Shown here: one piece after another, positions 1 through 12,100 of the stretch
How positions within the stretch are numbered: position 1 is the first letter of the stretch
Layout of the letters: each line of letters begins with the position of its first letter
Assembly (NCBI GenBank): GCA_963933205.1
Contig: CAWVTK010000001.1
Span: forward strand, 1-40,595
Source: an uncultured Flavobacteriales bacterium
GTDB lineage: Bacteria > Bacteroidota > Bacteroidia > Flavobacteriales > UBA7430
Direction of reading: 5' to 3'
Length of the DNA stretch: 40,595 nt
The notes under the pieces: model-generated
The model's input: the letters and a program-made list of their open reading frames with translations, nothing else
Database searches by the model: none
Told to the model about the DNA's origin: nothing
Made by a program: the position numbers and the translations under genes

Positions 1-2171
1 TCTTGGTCTGTACAACCAAGCACATCATAGGTACAGCTTTGGTCGTCTGTATTTGCTAGGCTGTTGTAGTTGTTTGCATCTTGGTCTGTACATCCAAGTA
101 TTTCATCACCACATTGTATTAGTTCGTACGCAAAGGAAGTAACATAATAAATTCCGTTTGTAACAAAACTCTCGTTAGGTGATGGTGTAAGTTCATACTG
201 AGAACCACCTAAAGCCGTGAAGATTAAATTTAAGTTTTGGTTGTTAAGATAACCGTCTACTTGATCGGTGGTTTCGTCGTTCCCCATAATTGGGAAGGCT
301 GTTTCCAATCCATCTAAAGAGGTTGAACCTGCACAAATAAGATCGTCTTGACTGTTGTAGTAAAATGCACCTAAACTACCAGCACCCAAATCTAGAATAG
401 ATTCGATGGATGAATTTGGTAAGGCTAAGGTCATGTTAGAGCCTGTATTTGTGTAGTTGTAATCTAAGCTCAAGCAATTGTTATTCTCTTCTTCGTCCTC
501 ATCACAAATACCGTTGTTGTCTGAATCATTTAAGCAATTGCCAGTACAATCATAGTTTGCTTGGGCGAACGTACAAGAGTTGTTTTCTTCTGTCGCCTCA
601 GGGTTGAAATTACATGCAGTGGCCTCAAGACATCCTTCTATTTCGTCTTCATCACAAATGCCATCTTGATCTGCATCATTTACGCAATTGCCTTCACAAT
701 CGAAAGCAGCGGTAGCAATTGACAGGGTATGAGCTTGAAGATTTGTTGTATAGGAGTTGTTTGAGTTTTCTAACCAAGAAGAAAGCTCTTCTCCAGAAGA
801 TCCATCCATAGAATATACAGGAATGTGAATTTCATCTGCATAACTTCCAGCAGCCATGGATATGTCTCCGTAAGTATTGTTGTATATAATAACAGCAGAT
901 GCACCTGCATTTTGTGCATTTAATGCTTTTAAACTAAATTGACATTCGCCTCTTTGTATTAAAGCAATTGCACCTTCAAAGTTAAAATCGAATTCATGAC
1001 AACCTAAATCGTTAGACTCGTCTATTGAGAGGATACCACTGTTGTAGTTGTCGGTAATTGCTGCACTCCAACTTGCAGGAGAAACAGCTATTTCATACGA
1101 AAAAGGACTGGAGACATAGATGCACGAACCATCGTCGTTTACCGCCTCTGGGTTGTAATTGCACGAGCCACTGTCGGTACAGCCAGAAATATCATAAGTA
1201 CAGCTTTCATCTTCTATAGTAGCTTGAGTATTAAAATTATTGGCGGTTTCATCGGTACAACCCAGTACATCATACGTACAAGAATTGTCTCCAATAGTAG
1301 CTTCCGAATTAAAATTGTTGGCATCCTCGTTCATACAACCATAAACGTCTTCTGTAGAAGAACAATACAGTTCTGTTTCGAACTGATCTACATAGTACAG
1401 ATCATTTACCAAAAATCCTTGAGTTGGATGCGGGGTTAGTTTGTATTGGTCACCTTCTTGAGCAGTAAATAAAATAACAAGCTCTTGGTTGTTTACCAAT
1501 CCATCTACATCTGGTGTTGTTTGATCGTCTCCCATAATAGGGAAGGCTGTTTCTGAACCAGACAATTCGGTTGATCCGGCACATATAAGTGTTCCTTGAT
1601 TATTGGTGTAAAAAACACCAATGGTTCCATTTCCTAAAGATGAAATTGATGAAATTGAGGAGTTCGGAAGTGCAAAGGTCATGTTTGTTCCAGTATTCGT
1701 ATAGGAATAATCTAGGTTTTGGCAAGAATCATTTTCATTCTCTTCTCCACATTCCATGATATTTACCTCTAAGGCATCTACAATGGAAATGGCGTTTGTT
1801 TGAAACCCATCAGATGAGTTTGTGTTTAAGGAATGCATCGATCCATCGGAGGATTTAAAAAACCAATAAATGGTTTCTCCAGGCTGAAATCCATCTTTCT
1901 CTGGCGTAGTCGTATCATCTGCCATTACCGGTAATTGAGTTTGGGAACCCGAAAAACTCATTGAAGAGGCACAAATGTACGCTCCATTATTGTTTAGGTA
2001 AAAGGCTCCAATAATACCATCAGAATGAAGATTAGATACTGCGGAAGGCGTAAAGAAAAAGGTCATGTTTGACCCAGTATTTGAATAGTCAAAGTTTAAG
2101 TCGCATTCTGAAGTGTCTGCAAATGATGACAGTGATATCAAAAGACTTAGAAAGAAAGTAGAAAATTTCAT
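1..2171 (-). CDS. Secreted modular repeat protein. N-terminal part only; the C-terminus runs off the window start.
   Basis: Absent from the supplied ORF track because it leaves the window. My reverse-complement translation from ATG (complement of 2169-2171) reads MKFSTFFLSLLISLSSFADTSECDLNFDYSNTGSNMTFFF... and stays open to position 1. It has a signal peptide, three copies of the NMT..IG(A/V)FY..C(A)(G/S)S..P(I/V)MGDD module, a PA-like segment, two DxDxDG-type loops (NDADQDGICDEDE, NDSDNNGICDEDE) and at least 5 two-Cys repeats (for example GCTDETANNFNTQATIEDESC). Confidence 0.85.
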   Translation of the reverse strand, partial: MKFSTFFLSLLISLSSFADTSECDLNFDYSNTGSNMTFFFTPSAVSNLHSDGIIGAFYLNNNGAYICASSMSFSGSQTQLPVMADDTTTPEKDGFQPGETIYWFFKSSDGSMHSLNTNSSDGFQTNAISIVDALEVNIMECGEENENDSCQNLDYSYTNTGTNMTFALPNSSISSISSLGNGTIGVFYTNNQGTLICAGSTELSGSETAFPIMGDDQTTPDVDGLVNNQELVILFTAQEGDQYKLTPHPTQGFLVNDLYYVDQFETELYCSSTEDVYGCMNEDANNFNSEATIGDNSCTYDVLGCTDETANNFNTQATIEDESCTYDISGCTDSGSCNYNPEAVNDDGSCIYVSSPFSYEIAVSPASWSAAITDNYNSGILSIDESNDLGCHEFDFNFEGAIALIQRGECQFSLKALNAQNAGASAVIIYNNTYGDISMAAGSYADEIHIPVYSMDGSSGEELSSWLENSNNSYTTNLQAHTLSIATAAFDCEGNCVNDADQDGICDEDEIEGCLEATACNFNPEATEENNSCTFAQANYDCTGNCLNDSDNNGICDEDEEENNNCLSLDYNYTNTGSNMTLALPNSSIESILDLGAGSLGAFYYNSQDDLICAGSTSLDGLETAFPIMGNDETTDQVDGYLNNQNLNLIFTALGGSQYELTPSPNESFVTNGIYYVTSFAYELIQCGDEILGCTDQDANNYNSLANTDDQSCTYDVLGCTDQ
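130..2110 (-). repeat. Three dispersed copies of module B (about 110 aa each), at roughly 1770-2110, 1385-1725 and 130-478
   Basis: The three protein segments align by eye: C(D/Q/L)(L/N/S)(N/L)(F/D)DYSxTNTG(S/T)NMT(F/L)..., then IG(A/V)FY, LICAGST, ETAFPIMG(D/N)D(Q/E)TT. The similarity is visible in the DNA too (gtcatgtt... blocks near 431, 1679 and 2064). Confidence 0.75.
780..1050 (-). other. PA (protease-associated)-like domain inside the 1-2171c protein
   Basis: The segment GCHEFDFNFEGAIALIQRGECQFSLKALNAQNAGASAVIIYNN...IPVYSMDGSSGEEL matches my memory of the PA-domain core (G.IAL..RG.C.F..K...A..AGA.AVI..NN). No peptidase catalytic domain is visible in the part of the protein inside the window. 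Confidence 0.6.
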
Positions 2172-2453
2172 TGCTTTGGGGGGTGAGTTTTTACTAATTT
2201 TATACTCGGATCATTTCAATAATCGTACCTAAAATATTTTCTAGGATATTCAGTGCAATCAGGGGGTTTTTATATTCGCTTGTTTTCCAGTACGTTTTTT
2301 ATTACTGGATTAACGAGTACAAATAATCGTTGTCAAATTAAAACAATTAAATAGTAGTGCCCATTTATGTATTGGTAACTTATCTGTGCATGCTTATGTC
2401 TTTTGTCGAAAATTCACTAGTTTTCCGGAGAATATTAATTAACCAATGGACTT

Positions 2454-4607
2454 ATGAAAAATTCAATTTTTATTGTATTTATTCTACTAGCGACAACTGC
2501 CTGCCAAACTGCCCAAAACAAACAAATGAAGGAACCAATTGCTAAGGCAATACCCAGCCAACTAAATTACCACTCAGATACATTAATTGATGATTATTTT
2601 TGGATGCGTCTTTCAGATGCGCAAAAAGAGTCTGAACAAGCAGATCCACAAACCCAAGATGTTTTAGATTATTTGGTAGAAGAGAATTCCTTTTTAGATG
2701 CTCACATGTCCGATACAAAAGTTCTACAGGATACTCTTTTCCAAGAGTACGTCTCGCGTATAAAACAAGACGACGAATCGGTTCCTTACTCAGACAACGG
2801 TTTTACTTATTATTCAAAATTTGAAGAGGGAGAAGACTACAAACGTTACTTCCGTAAAAAAAACGAAGGCGCGGGTAAAGAGGAACTACTATTGGATTTA
2901 CCAGAGCTTGCAAAAGATCAAAATTATTTTGCTCTTGGAGATTGGTCCGTCAGTACAAACAATCAGCTTTTAGCTTTTAGTACCGATCTAGTTTCTCGAA
3001 GAGAATACACCATTTACATCAAAAACTTGGCTACCGGAGAAGTTTTTAAAGACAAAATTGAAAATACCACCGGAGGTATAACTTGGGCAAATGATAATAA
3101 AACGCTCTTTTATGTAAAGCAAGACGAGGCTACACTGCGTTCGCATAAAATTTTTAAACACGTTCTTGGAACCGATGCTTCTATGGATGAATTAGTGTTT
3201 GAAGAAAAAGATGAGACCTTTAGCTGTTCTGTTTATAAATCTAAAAGTAGTAAGTACTTATTTATAGCTTCGTATCAAACCCTATCCACCGAATTTAGAT
3301 TTCTAGACGCAGATAATCCGGCAGGTGAGTGGTCTATTGTTCAACCTAGAGAAAGAAATCTAGAATATTCTGTAAGTCATTACAAAGATTCGTTTTTTAT
3401 TCGAACCAATTTAGATGCAAAAAATTATCAACTGATGAAAACATCAGTAGCTAAACCATCCAAGGAAAACTGGAAAGTTCTTATTCCACATAGAGAGAAT
3501 GTATTTTTAAGTGGCTTAAACATATTTAAAAACTACTTAGTGCTTAACGAGCGAAAAAATGGTTTAACAGAAATGCGCGTTATGAACTGGGAAACGGGCG
3601 AAGAGCACTACATTAGTTTTAATGATCCTACGTACTCTCTTTTTGCAAATATTAATCTTGATTTTGATACCGATTTATTTAGATTTTCATACACATCATT
3701 AACCACTCCGAGTTCTGTATACGAATACAACTTGTTTTCTAAAGAACGTGTTTTGTTAAAACAACAAGAAGTACTGGGAGGAAAGTTTGATGCTAGTAAT
3801 TACGTTTCAGAACGATTGTATGCAACAAGTAGAGACGGCGAAACACAAGTACCCATATCTATTGTATATAAAAAAGGATTTACAAAAGATGGATCTGCTC
3901 CAGTTTTATTATATGGTTACGGTTCTTATGGCGCAAATATGAACCCTTACTTTAGCACAAGTAGATTAAGTTTATTAGATCGTGGCTTTGCTTTTGCCAT
4001 AGCACATGTGCGTGGCGGACAAGAAATGGGTAGAGATTGGTATGAAAATGGAAAACTACTGAAGAAGAAAAACACGTTTAATGATTTTATAGATTGCGGA
4101 AAGTTTTTGGTAGATACTAAATTTACCAGCCCTTCTCATTTATATGCTCAAGGTGGAAGTGCTGGTGGACTTTTAATGGGGGCTATTATTAATATGGAAC
4201 CCAACTTATGGAACGGCGTTATTGCGGGAGTTCCTTTTGTAGATGTGATTAATACAATGTGGGATGAAACAATACCACTTACTACTGGAGAATTTGATGA
4301 GTGGGGAAACCCTAAAGACAAAGTTTATTATGACTATATTAAATCCTACTCGCCATACAACAATGTTCAGAAAATGGACTACCCCAATTTATTGATTACA
4401 ACAGGTTACTGGGATAGCCAAGTTCAGTATTGGGAACCTGCTAAGTGGATTGCAAAACTTAGAGCTTACAGAACCAACACTAATTTATTGATGATGTCTT
4501 GTAATATGGACGTAGGTCATGGCGGTGCTTCTGGAAGGTTTGAAAGTTTAAAAGAAATTGCCTTGGAACATGCTTTTTTATTAAAATTAGAAGACATAAG
4601 TGAGTAA
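2454..4607 (+). CDS. ptrB: S9A serine peptidase, oligopeptidase B (protease II)-like, probable lipoprotein
   Basis: 717 aa ORF with a lipoprotein-type leader MKNSIFIVFILLATTAC. Catalytic Ser motif GGSAGGLLMG, Asp region TTGYWDSQVQYWEPAKWIAKLR, His region MDVGHGGASGRF, plus DEWGNP. As I recall E. coli PtrB, these are close to it rather than to prolyl endopeptidase (GGSNGG). Confidence 0.9.
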   Translation: MKNSIFIVFILLATTACQTAQNKQMKEPIAKAIPSQLNYHSDTLIDDYFWMRLSDAQKESEQADPQTQDVLDYLVEENSFLDAHMSDTKVLQDTLFQEYVSRIKQDDESVPYSDNGFTYYSKFEEGEDYKRYFRKKNEGAGKEELLLDLPELAKDQNYFALGDWSVSTNNQLLAFSTDLVSRREYTIYIKNLATGEVFKDKIENTTGGITWANDNKTLFYVKQDEATLRSHKIFKHVLGTDASMDELVFEEKDETFSCSVYKSKSSKYLFIASYQTLSTEFRFLDADNPAGEWSIVQPRERNLEYSVSHYKDSFFIRTNLDAKNYQLMKTSVAKPSKENWKVLIPHRENVFLSGLNIFKNYLVLNERKNGLTEMRVMNWETGEEHYISFNDPTYSLFANINLDFDTDLFRFSYTSLTTPSSVYEYNLFSKERVLLKQQEVLGGKFDASNYVSERLYATSRDGETQVPISIVYKKGFTKDGSAPVLLYGYGSYGANMNPYFSTSRLSLLDRGFAFAIAHVRGGQEMGRDWYENGKLLKKKNTFNDFIDCGKFLVDTKFTSPSHLYAQGGSAGGLLMGAIINMEPNLWNGVIAGVPFVDVINTMWDETIPLTTGEFDEWGNPKDKVYYDYIKSYSPYNNVQKMDYPNLLITTGYWDSQVQYWEPAKWIAKLRAYRTNTNLLMMSCNMDVGHGGASGRFESLKEIALEHAFLLKLEDISE

Positions 4608-4668
4608 GATGTTTTAAATACAAAGCGTTTGCTTATACCTACATACACTGTACTTACTTTGCGCATAG

Positions 4669-4711
4669 AAAAGCCACCTAATTTGGCTGGCTTTTATCTT
4701 CTGTTTTTTTT
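4669..4711 (+). terminator. Candidate intrinsic terminator after ptrB
   Basis: AAAAGCCA (4669-4676) pairs with TGGCTTTT (4688-4695) across an 11-nt loop. A T-rich stretch including T8 follows shortly downstream. The stem is short and AT-heavy. Confidence 0.45.
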
Positions 4712-5154
4712 GCCTAAAAACATAATTTTAATTATTCATTTGATCAATACATATAGTTAATTTATGAATTAGAGCTTACCATATTTAATTAACTTAACCA
4801 CTCTAATTTTTAAACGTATTAAGCATTGATAAATTAGTTGCTTTTTTAAAAAAAAAAGTGTATTATTTGTGACAACAGAAAATTAAAAATAATAAGAAAA
4901 CGGATAGAATCGAACAACCAAAAAAATGCGACCTATTTTTAGAACAGGAAATTTAAAATACTGAAACATGTAAGGTGCTAAAAATCAAGTTAAAAATTAA
5001 TGGTTTTGGGGTGTCTATTGATTTATTGTAAACTTTTTTACGCAGCAAAATTCGTTGTTTTGTTTTTCAAACAAAATTAACCTCGTTTGAAAAAGAGTTA
5101 CTTAAATTGATTAAATTTCAGATATCTATTGTTAAATATTAATCCCCCTAAAAA

Positions 5155-5736
5155 TTGCCTTTGGAAGAAAATACAAGAAATACAATTTCTAATTTCATCA
5201 AGTTTACGGATAGTGAATGGTTAGTCATCTCGAAAGACTTAATTGAAAAAAAAATTGACAAGGGAGAATTCTTAATTAAAGAAGGCGAGTATTGTAACTA
5301 TATTGCATTTATTGATGAAGGATTATTGAGTTACTACTATCTTGTTGAGGGCAAAAAACACATCCGTGGTTTCTTTTTCGCCAATGATTTTATTTCCAGT
5401 TATACCAGTTTTCTTTCAGATGAAAAATCAAAGGCCTATATTCAAGCATTAGAGAACACATCCATGATGCTAATACACAAGGATAAACTTTCTCAACTCT
5501 ATCAAAAAAATTCTAAATTTCTACAATTAGGTCGAATGCTTACGGAACATTTATTCATGCTGCTTTCAGAAAAATATGAAGCTCTTCTTCTGAAATCTCC
5601 AGAAGAACGCTACCTAAGTTTAATTGAAAATAGACCTAATGTTATTCAAAACATTCCTCAATACATGATTGCTTCGTATTTAGGAATAACACCTGAAGCC
5701 TTAAGTCGAATTCGTAAACGGCTCACCAGGAAGTAA
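5155..5736 (+). CDS. Crp/Fnr-family transcriptional regulator (cNMP-binding domain plus C-terminal HTH)
   Basis: 193 aa. The beta-roll-like N-terminal part (FLIKEGEYCNYIAFIDEGLL...) and the C-terminal HTH (YMIASYLGITPEALSRIRKRL) are typical of Bacteroidota Crp/Fnr proteins. The TTG start at 5155 sits 6 nt after a CCCCC tract, the same geometry seen at other starts in this window. Confidence 0.8.
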   Translation: MPLEENTRNTISNFIKFTDSEWLVISKDLIEKKIDKGEFLIKEGEYCNYIAFIDEGLLSYYYLVEGKKHIRGFFFANDFISSYTSFLSDEKSKAYIQALENTSMMLIHKDKLSQLYQKNSKFLQLGRMLTEHLFMLLSEKYEALLLKSPEERYLSLIENRPNVIQNIPQYMIASYLGITPEALSRIRKRLTRK

Positions 5737-5813
5737 ATTCGCTTCTTAACCCTGATCATCGTGCAAGATTAATTGAATAGATACTTTTACACCCGTAAAT
5801 TTAAAATTCAGTT

Positions 5814-5963
5814 ATGAAGAAATCACTTGTATTTATGTTATTTACTGTCATCACTTATCCATCTATTGACCAGTTGGATAAAACAGTAAATGCCTTGTGT
5901 TGCACAAATAAATTCATAATTGGAACTGATCTAGCACAGCCATTTTTTACTTGGTTAATCTAA
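5814..5963 (+). CDS. Possible small ORF (49 aa, hydrophobic N-terminus, CC pair). Speculative.
   Basis: My translation is MKKSLVFMLFTVITYPSIDQLDKTVNALCCTNKFIIGTDLAQPFFTWLI*. It lies between the Crp/Fnr gene and the giant gene and falls below the ORF-track size cut-off. There is no supporting signal beyond the open frame. Confidence 0.15.
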   Translation: MKKSLVFMLFTVITYPSIDQLDKTVNALCCTNKFIIGTDLAQPFFTWLI

Positions 5964-6109
5964 CTTTTTCTTAGCACATTTATTGACTACACCAGTCTTA
6001 TAGGCTATAAATATAATTTCGGCGTTTTCAATAAGTTTTTTTTTGCAGACCACTTTTTTTAAATCATTTTCAATAAATTTTTTGCGTTAAACATAAACCT
6101 CCCTCGATT

Positions 6110-9100
6110 ATGAATGTATCTATCTTTAACAAGTTTTTGGTATTCATCGCCTTTTTCTTATTCCTCTCAAATACTTCTTTTGCTCAATTTTCTCCCCACA
6201 ACGGCGACATCGGAGCAGATGAATCTTTAGAATGGTTGTATGATTATAATGGGTCTTTTAAATTAGGCGTAATATCCAAGAATAGTGGCAATAACGCCAG
6301 TGCTCCAATAGCCATAAGAATTTCCACGCTTATTGTTAGAGATCTACCTTGCGTACTTGGAAATTGTAATGATGAGCCAGTTTACTGGAATCATGTAAAA
6401 AACCTGCATGCTACCAATGGTCAATTTAGCGATTTAATGTATATAGAGCCAACTTTACCAGGTGCAGAAACAACTATAAATGGATGGCAAACATTAGAAA
6501 AAATTGAAACAGCCGATGGGCATAGTACAATTACTGGATCTTATGAATGTTGTCCTTGGTATTCTACCTGCTACTGCCCTTCTTATACTACTGAATCAAG
6601 AGGATATGATTTTCATGTTTTGGGAAGGTCAGGTGAAGAATTTAAGAACGTAACAAGCACAATAAATAACAACTACGTAACGGTCTCTTTTGACTGGTAC
6701 GACTTTCCTGAAAACTGGATAAATTCTGTTGCTCAATTTACTGTTGGGCCACAACAGTTTCAAAGATTTATACCGGTTGATTTTGGAACAGAAATAGCTG
6801 CTGTCACAGAGGCCGTTGTTACAGATAATGATGTTACTTTGGTAGGTGAGTCTTCATTAGTTTCTTGCGCAACTGATAATGATCATTCTGAGAAATGGTA
6901 TGCAGTAAGTCAAGATATTTACCAAGACACCAATTTCCATGAGGTAGATTTAGGTGACTGGTCAGATGATTTTAGTTTGCCAATATTAACGGCTGAAAAT
7001 TCTGAAAATATAGGACCCAATGTTTCCTTTGATTATAAGTTGTATTACCGAGAATTTGGAAAAGGATGTGCAATGCAACGGGTTTTTGAGCCTGAGGAAA
7101 TTACAACAAGTAATTTAAATTCAATTGATAGAATTATTGCTCTTAATGAAGACGACGGAACTGTAAAAGTATTATGGAGCCACCTTACAAGTGTAGACAA
7201 ATCAGACGTGTCGTATATTGTAAAAAGAACAGACGATCCGAATTTAGATCTTGAGGACTGGAGAACAGTTTATAAGTTTGAACAAGGAGTTCCATCTATT
7301 AACTATACCCTAAACAACGGTCAAAATGTTACCAATGGAGTAGTTGATCCAAATGATGAAGTAAATCCTTTAGGCGAAAGCTTCTCAGAAAAAGGCTTAG
7401 CCGGGCAGTTTATTGATCATACTGCCGATCCAGAAGGAACCTATAAGTACAGCATCCAAGCAAAAGTTATTACAGAATATGTAAATACCAATTACATCCA
7501 GCAGATGGAGAGTACAGGTGCTGGTATTTCCTTTTTTGACGACAACAACCAATTAAACATTGTTACCCCAACTCCTCTATGTTCTGGATTCGAGATTCAA
7601 GGAGTTCAAAGCATTATTAATGAAGAGATTAAGTTTGGTAATGAAGATTATGAATACGACAACCAAGATCATATTCTGTCATTTAATAGTCCCGACTTTT
7701 TTGGTACTCAAGGAGTTTCTCAGCGTGTTTACTTTTATGAAAACAGTGAGCTTACTGTTCCACTAATTAACCCAGAGACTGAAGAAGCTATAATAATCGA
7801 CGGTTCTGTGTCAGAGATCTCCGGATATGAACTCCCATTAGAGGACGATGTATTCAGTAGAACAGTTTATGGAATAATTGAAGCAACTCGTACAGATGGA
7901 AAGGTCTTTAGATCATTCAAACCAAGAGTAATTGTCGGGAACAGAAAACCAGTTCCTCCAACTGTAAATATATCTTCTGCTACTTTTGAAGATTATGTTA
8001 CGTTAAGATTTACAAATGTAAAAGAGGAACACAATATAGATCATATAAAAATATACCGTACCGCAAGAACTCCTTCCACCTCAACCGCACCCACAGATTC
8101 CACAACTTATTCAGAAAACTTTGTTCTTGATTCTTTGATTCTTACAAAAGAGGATCTTCAAGATTTGATCGTAGAAGCTGGCGAATTGGTTTTTAAAGAT
8201 ATACCAGATTCCGATAATAGTTTTAGTGGAGAAAGCACCGTGTTATGTAATGAATACGCCTATCAAATTCAATCGTCTAATTGCGAAAATTGGAGCTTAA
8301 ACGATTCTCCGTTCTATGTTGAAGTTAAAGGGAACACTAAACAAGTAACTCCAACCTTAGATCAAGATGTGTTTGAATTAGGGAACCCATTAAAAGATTT
8401 AACGTCTTCAAAAGGAGAATTTCCAGATAAAATTCATCTTACTTGGAACAACAACAGCTCCGGTGTTATTGATCATTATTCTATTGAACGCAGACAGTAC
8501 GGATCTGAGGGTGAGAATGCATGGATTCAACTTGGTTCTGTATCTACAGGAGAAAAGTACTTTCAAGACACCTATGCAGAAGCCAATCTATTATACGAAT
8601 ACCGTATTAAGGCACATGTTGGAAATTGTGAAACCTCTTCACCTGAAGATCCAGGTACTCAAGCCAATATGGTATCCACCCATCAAGTAGGTTACAGAAG
8701 ACCTGTTGGTAGAATTACCGGGAGAATTACCTACAACCAAACCTCAAATCCAGTTTCGGATGTATACGTAAAAGTCGAACCCATAATTAATGAAGATCAA
8801 ACAACCAATAGATCTTTAAATTTAGAATCGAACTACGGAATCGTAAGAAGTCCTATTAAAAGTGACTCAGATTTGGATGCTTTTACCGTAACATTTTGGA
8901 TGAAATCAATGGCCGATCAACAGGGTGTGTTGTTTTCTAGAAAGTCTACTTTGTATGACATGAGCTTGTATTTGGACGGCAATGCAATTGGATACAGTGA
9001 ATACTCAGGTTCATTAAATGAAACGTACCCAGCTTACAACTTAAAACCTGAAGAAAACAGCTGGAACAATGTAACGCTTACTTTTACTACTCTAGAAGAT

Positions 9101-12100
9101 GAGAAGCAGGTTAAGTTTTACATCAACGGTTTGCTAATGAATACCTATTCTTCTCAATTTACCCCAAGTGTTTTTGATGATTTTATATTTGGTGTTGATA
9201 GAAATTTAAACGCAGAGTCATCTTTTGATGGACTAATGGACGAAATGGTTCTCTGGAGAAAAGTACTTTCAGATGAGGAGATTCAATCTAATTATTTTAA
9301 ATTTTTAAAGACCTCAGACGACGACCTCATATTTTTTATAGCTGCTGATGAAGGTTTGGGAGCCTTTTCTTACGACATCTCTTCAAATACGATTGATGTA
9401 TTCAACAAAAACCATTTGGAGCTAAACTCCTTGTCTTTAACCGATACATTTTCAATTCCAAACCACGCCAATCACTTTTACAACGACAACTACAATACCG
9501 AGTTGTTAAACCTAGACAAATCTACTTCTAGTGGAATGTACGATGTTACCAACATTAGATACATTAACGATGGAAATAATTTTTCAATAACGCCATTTAC
9601 CATCTTAAACGAAACCTATTCGGTTATACACGAATTCTTACCTGCTCAAAGGACTGATTTTATTGGGGATCAATCTCTTTTACTTTCTGCAATTGATTTC
9701 AATGACTTAACAGCCATTACGGTTCAAGGAAATGTATTTTTTGATGTTACTGAAGAAAATTCAGACGTTAGTTTAATTGATAAAACTGAATACCAAATTG
9801 GTGTTGAAGATGTATTTGTGAAAGTAGGAGGTAAGCGCATCCAAAATGACGACGGTGAGGTTAAAACCGATGCCGATGGATTTTTCTCAATGTCGATTCC
9901 GATTGGTGAGCAATGCATTAGTTTTGAAAAGAATGGTCATACTTTTTATTATGGAGACTTAGAAGGAGAACGCGATGACAGATATTGTCAGGAGTTTAAT
10001 TTTAATTCCGAACAAAACTTACCCAATTTTAGTTGCAATACCTATAAAGAACTTAGAGGTAGAATAACTGGAGGGCAAATGTACGACAGTCAAACAATAG
10101 CAGATATTCAAATTGGTTTTAACCAGTCTGCAAACACAATTGGATCTGTTGGTTTTGATTTAATGCCAAATGCGGCCTCTGTATTAGATTACGAGGGGTA
10201 TTTAGTTTCAGTGCAAACCAATGTTTTAACAGGAGAGTATCATGCTAAATTATTGCCAATTGTTCACAAGGTAAATAGCTCCTCTTGGATCTCGTCCAAC
10301 TACGATGTAGAAAATTCCTACAGAAACCAACAACAACTTTTCCCTACGATTGATATGGAGGTAAAAGGAGATAACGATGTAAATGGTGATTTTGTAGAAG
10401 AACAATTAAGTTCATCTATTGGAGAATTAGCTTCTCAAACAATAACATTTAATAAAAGATTTGACCTTGTTTACAGAAGTAATCCGAGTATTTTGGTTAG
10501 TCAAAATATTGCTGGAGAGTTGGCTTGGTCTACTTCTATTGGAGAAACATCTATTGAAATAGACGAAGGTTTTTCTATTACTACATCCGACAGTACAGGC
10601 TACCTTTTAGGAATGCCTGTATTTAAAGAAAAATATGGAAACGGAACCTACAGATACAATATAGAGGTAAGTGAAGTATACACTAATTATGGGGCTATCA
10701 ATTCTACGCACGACCATAACAGTTATATGTACAAAGACCAAAATGGCGCATCTGTTCACGATACAAAACAATATCTAAATCCTTTACAGCAAGGAGATGT
10801 TAGCATCTTTAATACCATGATGAAAAGCTCGACTGAGATGATGTCTTTAAGCGATTTAAACGGAAGTGTTGATTATGAGTTCAACCCAGATGATCCTTAT
10901 GTTTTTGGTAAAGAACAAGGTTATATGAGAAAGTTTATTATCCAATACCAAGATGGCTCAGTAAATGCGCAATGGCCAAAACTTTCCGCAGGCCAAAATG
11001 CTTCAACCAGAGGAGATGTATACGCCTTTGGAGACGAGTCTTATGGAAACGACTTTTTTACTTTTGGTCCTCAAACGGTTGACATGATTTTGAGAGATCC
11101 AAGTGGAGATGGTTCTTATTCTTCTATTACGGAAGGCTCTACCATAACCAGAACAAGTTCTGTAACTAATGTAAATGGTTATACTAAGGATTGGAACTTT
11201 AGCGTAGGTGCTGGTCTTGAGATTGGAGGTGCAATTGGTTTCTCTTTGGGAGCCCACGTCGAAACTAAATGGTCTGCAAAAGCTTTTGTTACCGCAGGAA
11301 TGACAAATTCGGCATCCTTAACGAATTCTTCAGAAAATCAAATAACCATTAGTGAAACCTACAACCACACGATATCGACCAACAGTGCCGATTGGGAAGT
11401 TGGTGCAAAAGGAGATCTTTACATTGGAGAATCTAAAAATTTAAACTTTGGAACCTCAAAAGAGCTTCAGTTCTTATCTACACATAATTGTGCTTTAGGT
11501 GGAGGTGTTTTCGATTGTTTAGATTACCCCTTAATAAAGCAAAACAAAACAATCAGAAAACAATATGAAATTGACGATGTAACTAACGATACAGTTATTT
11601 CTATTTTACAAGCCTCGGCTTTGTATGAGCTTTCTTCCATTCCAGTTTCTAATTCAGAGTCTATTATTTCAGACTCTACTTATTCCTCAAATGGAAAGAC
11701 CTATATTATTCATGATATTGAAGAGGTTGGTTCTTATCAAATAGGAACTCAAACAGCAGTGAGTATCAAACCAGGGGTATCCACTAAGTTTGCTTTTTCT
11801 AATAATTACATTCAGAATTACTTACTTACCAAATTGGCTTTAATTAAGAATACGTACCTATTTGGAGAATACACGGTTGATACAGACCTATTACCTATAG
11901 ATCATGAGTGTTTCGGAGAGCCAAGTAATTCTACTTGTTTTGATTCTTATGAAGATCAATCCATCAGAAATTACTACACAATTCCAGAGACCAGTACCGA
12001 AGAATATTATGTATTACCGAATCTTACAAATTACGATGTAAATACACTAACCGCGATATTAGGTTCAACATACCAAGAGTTTCAGTCCAACTTTGAGGAT

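Noticed and set aside
2357-2545. 62-aa ORF overlapping the ptrB start
   Set aside because: It is out of frame with ptrB, overlaps its well-supported lipoprotein leader, and has no recognisable features.
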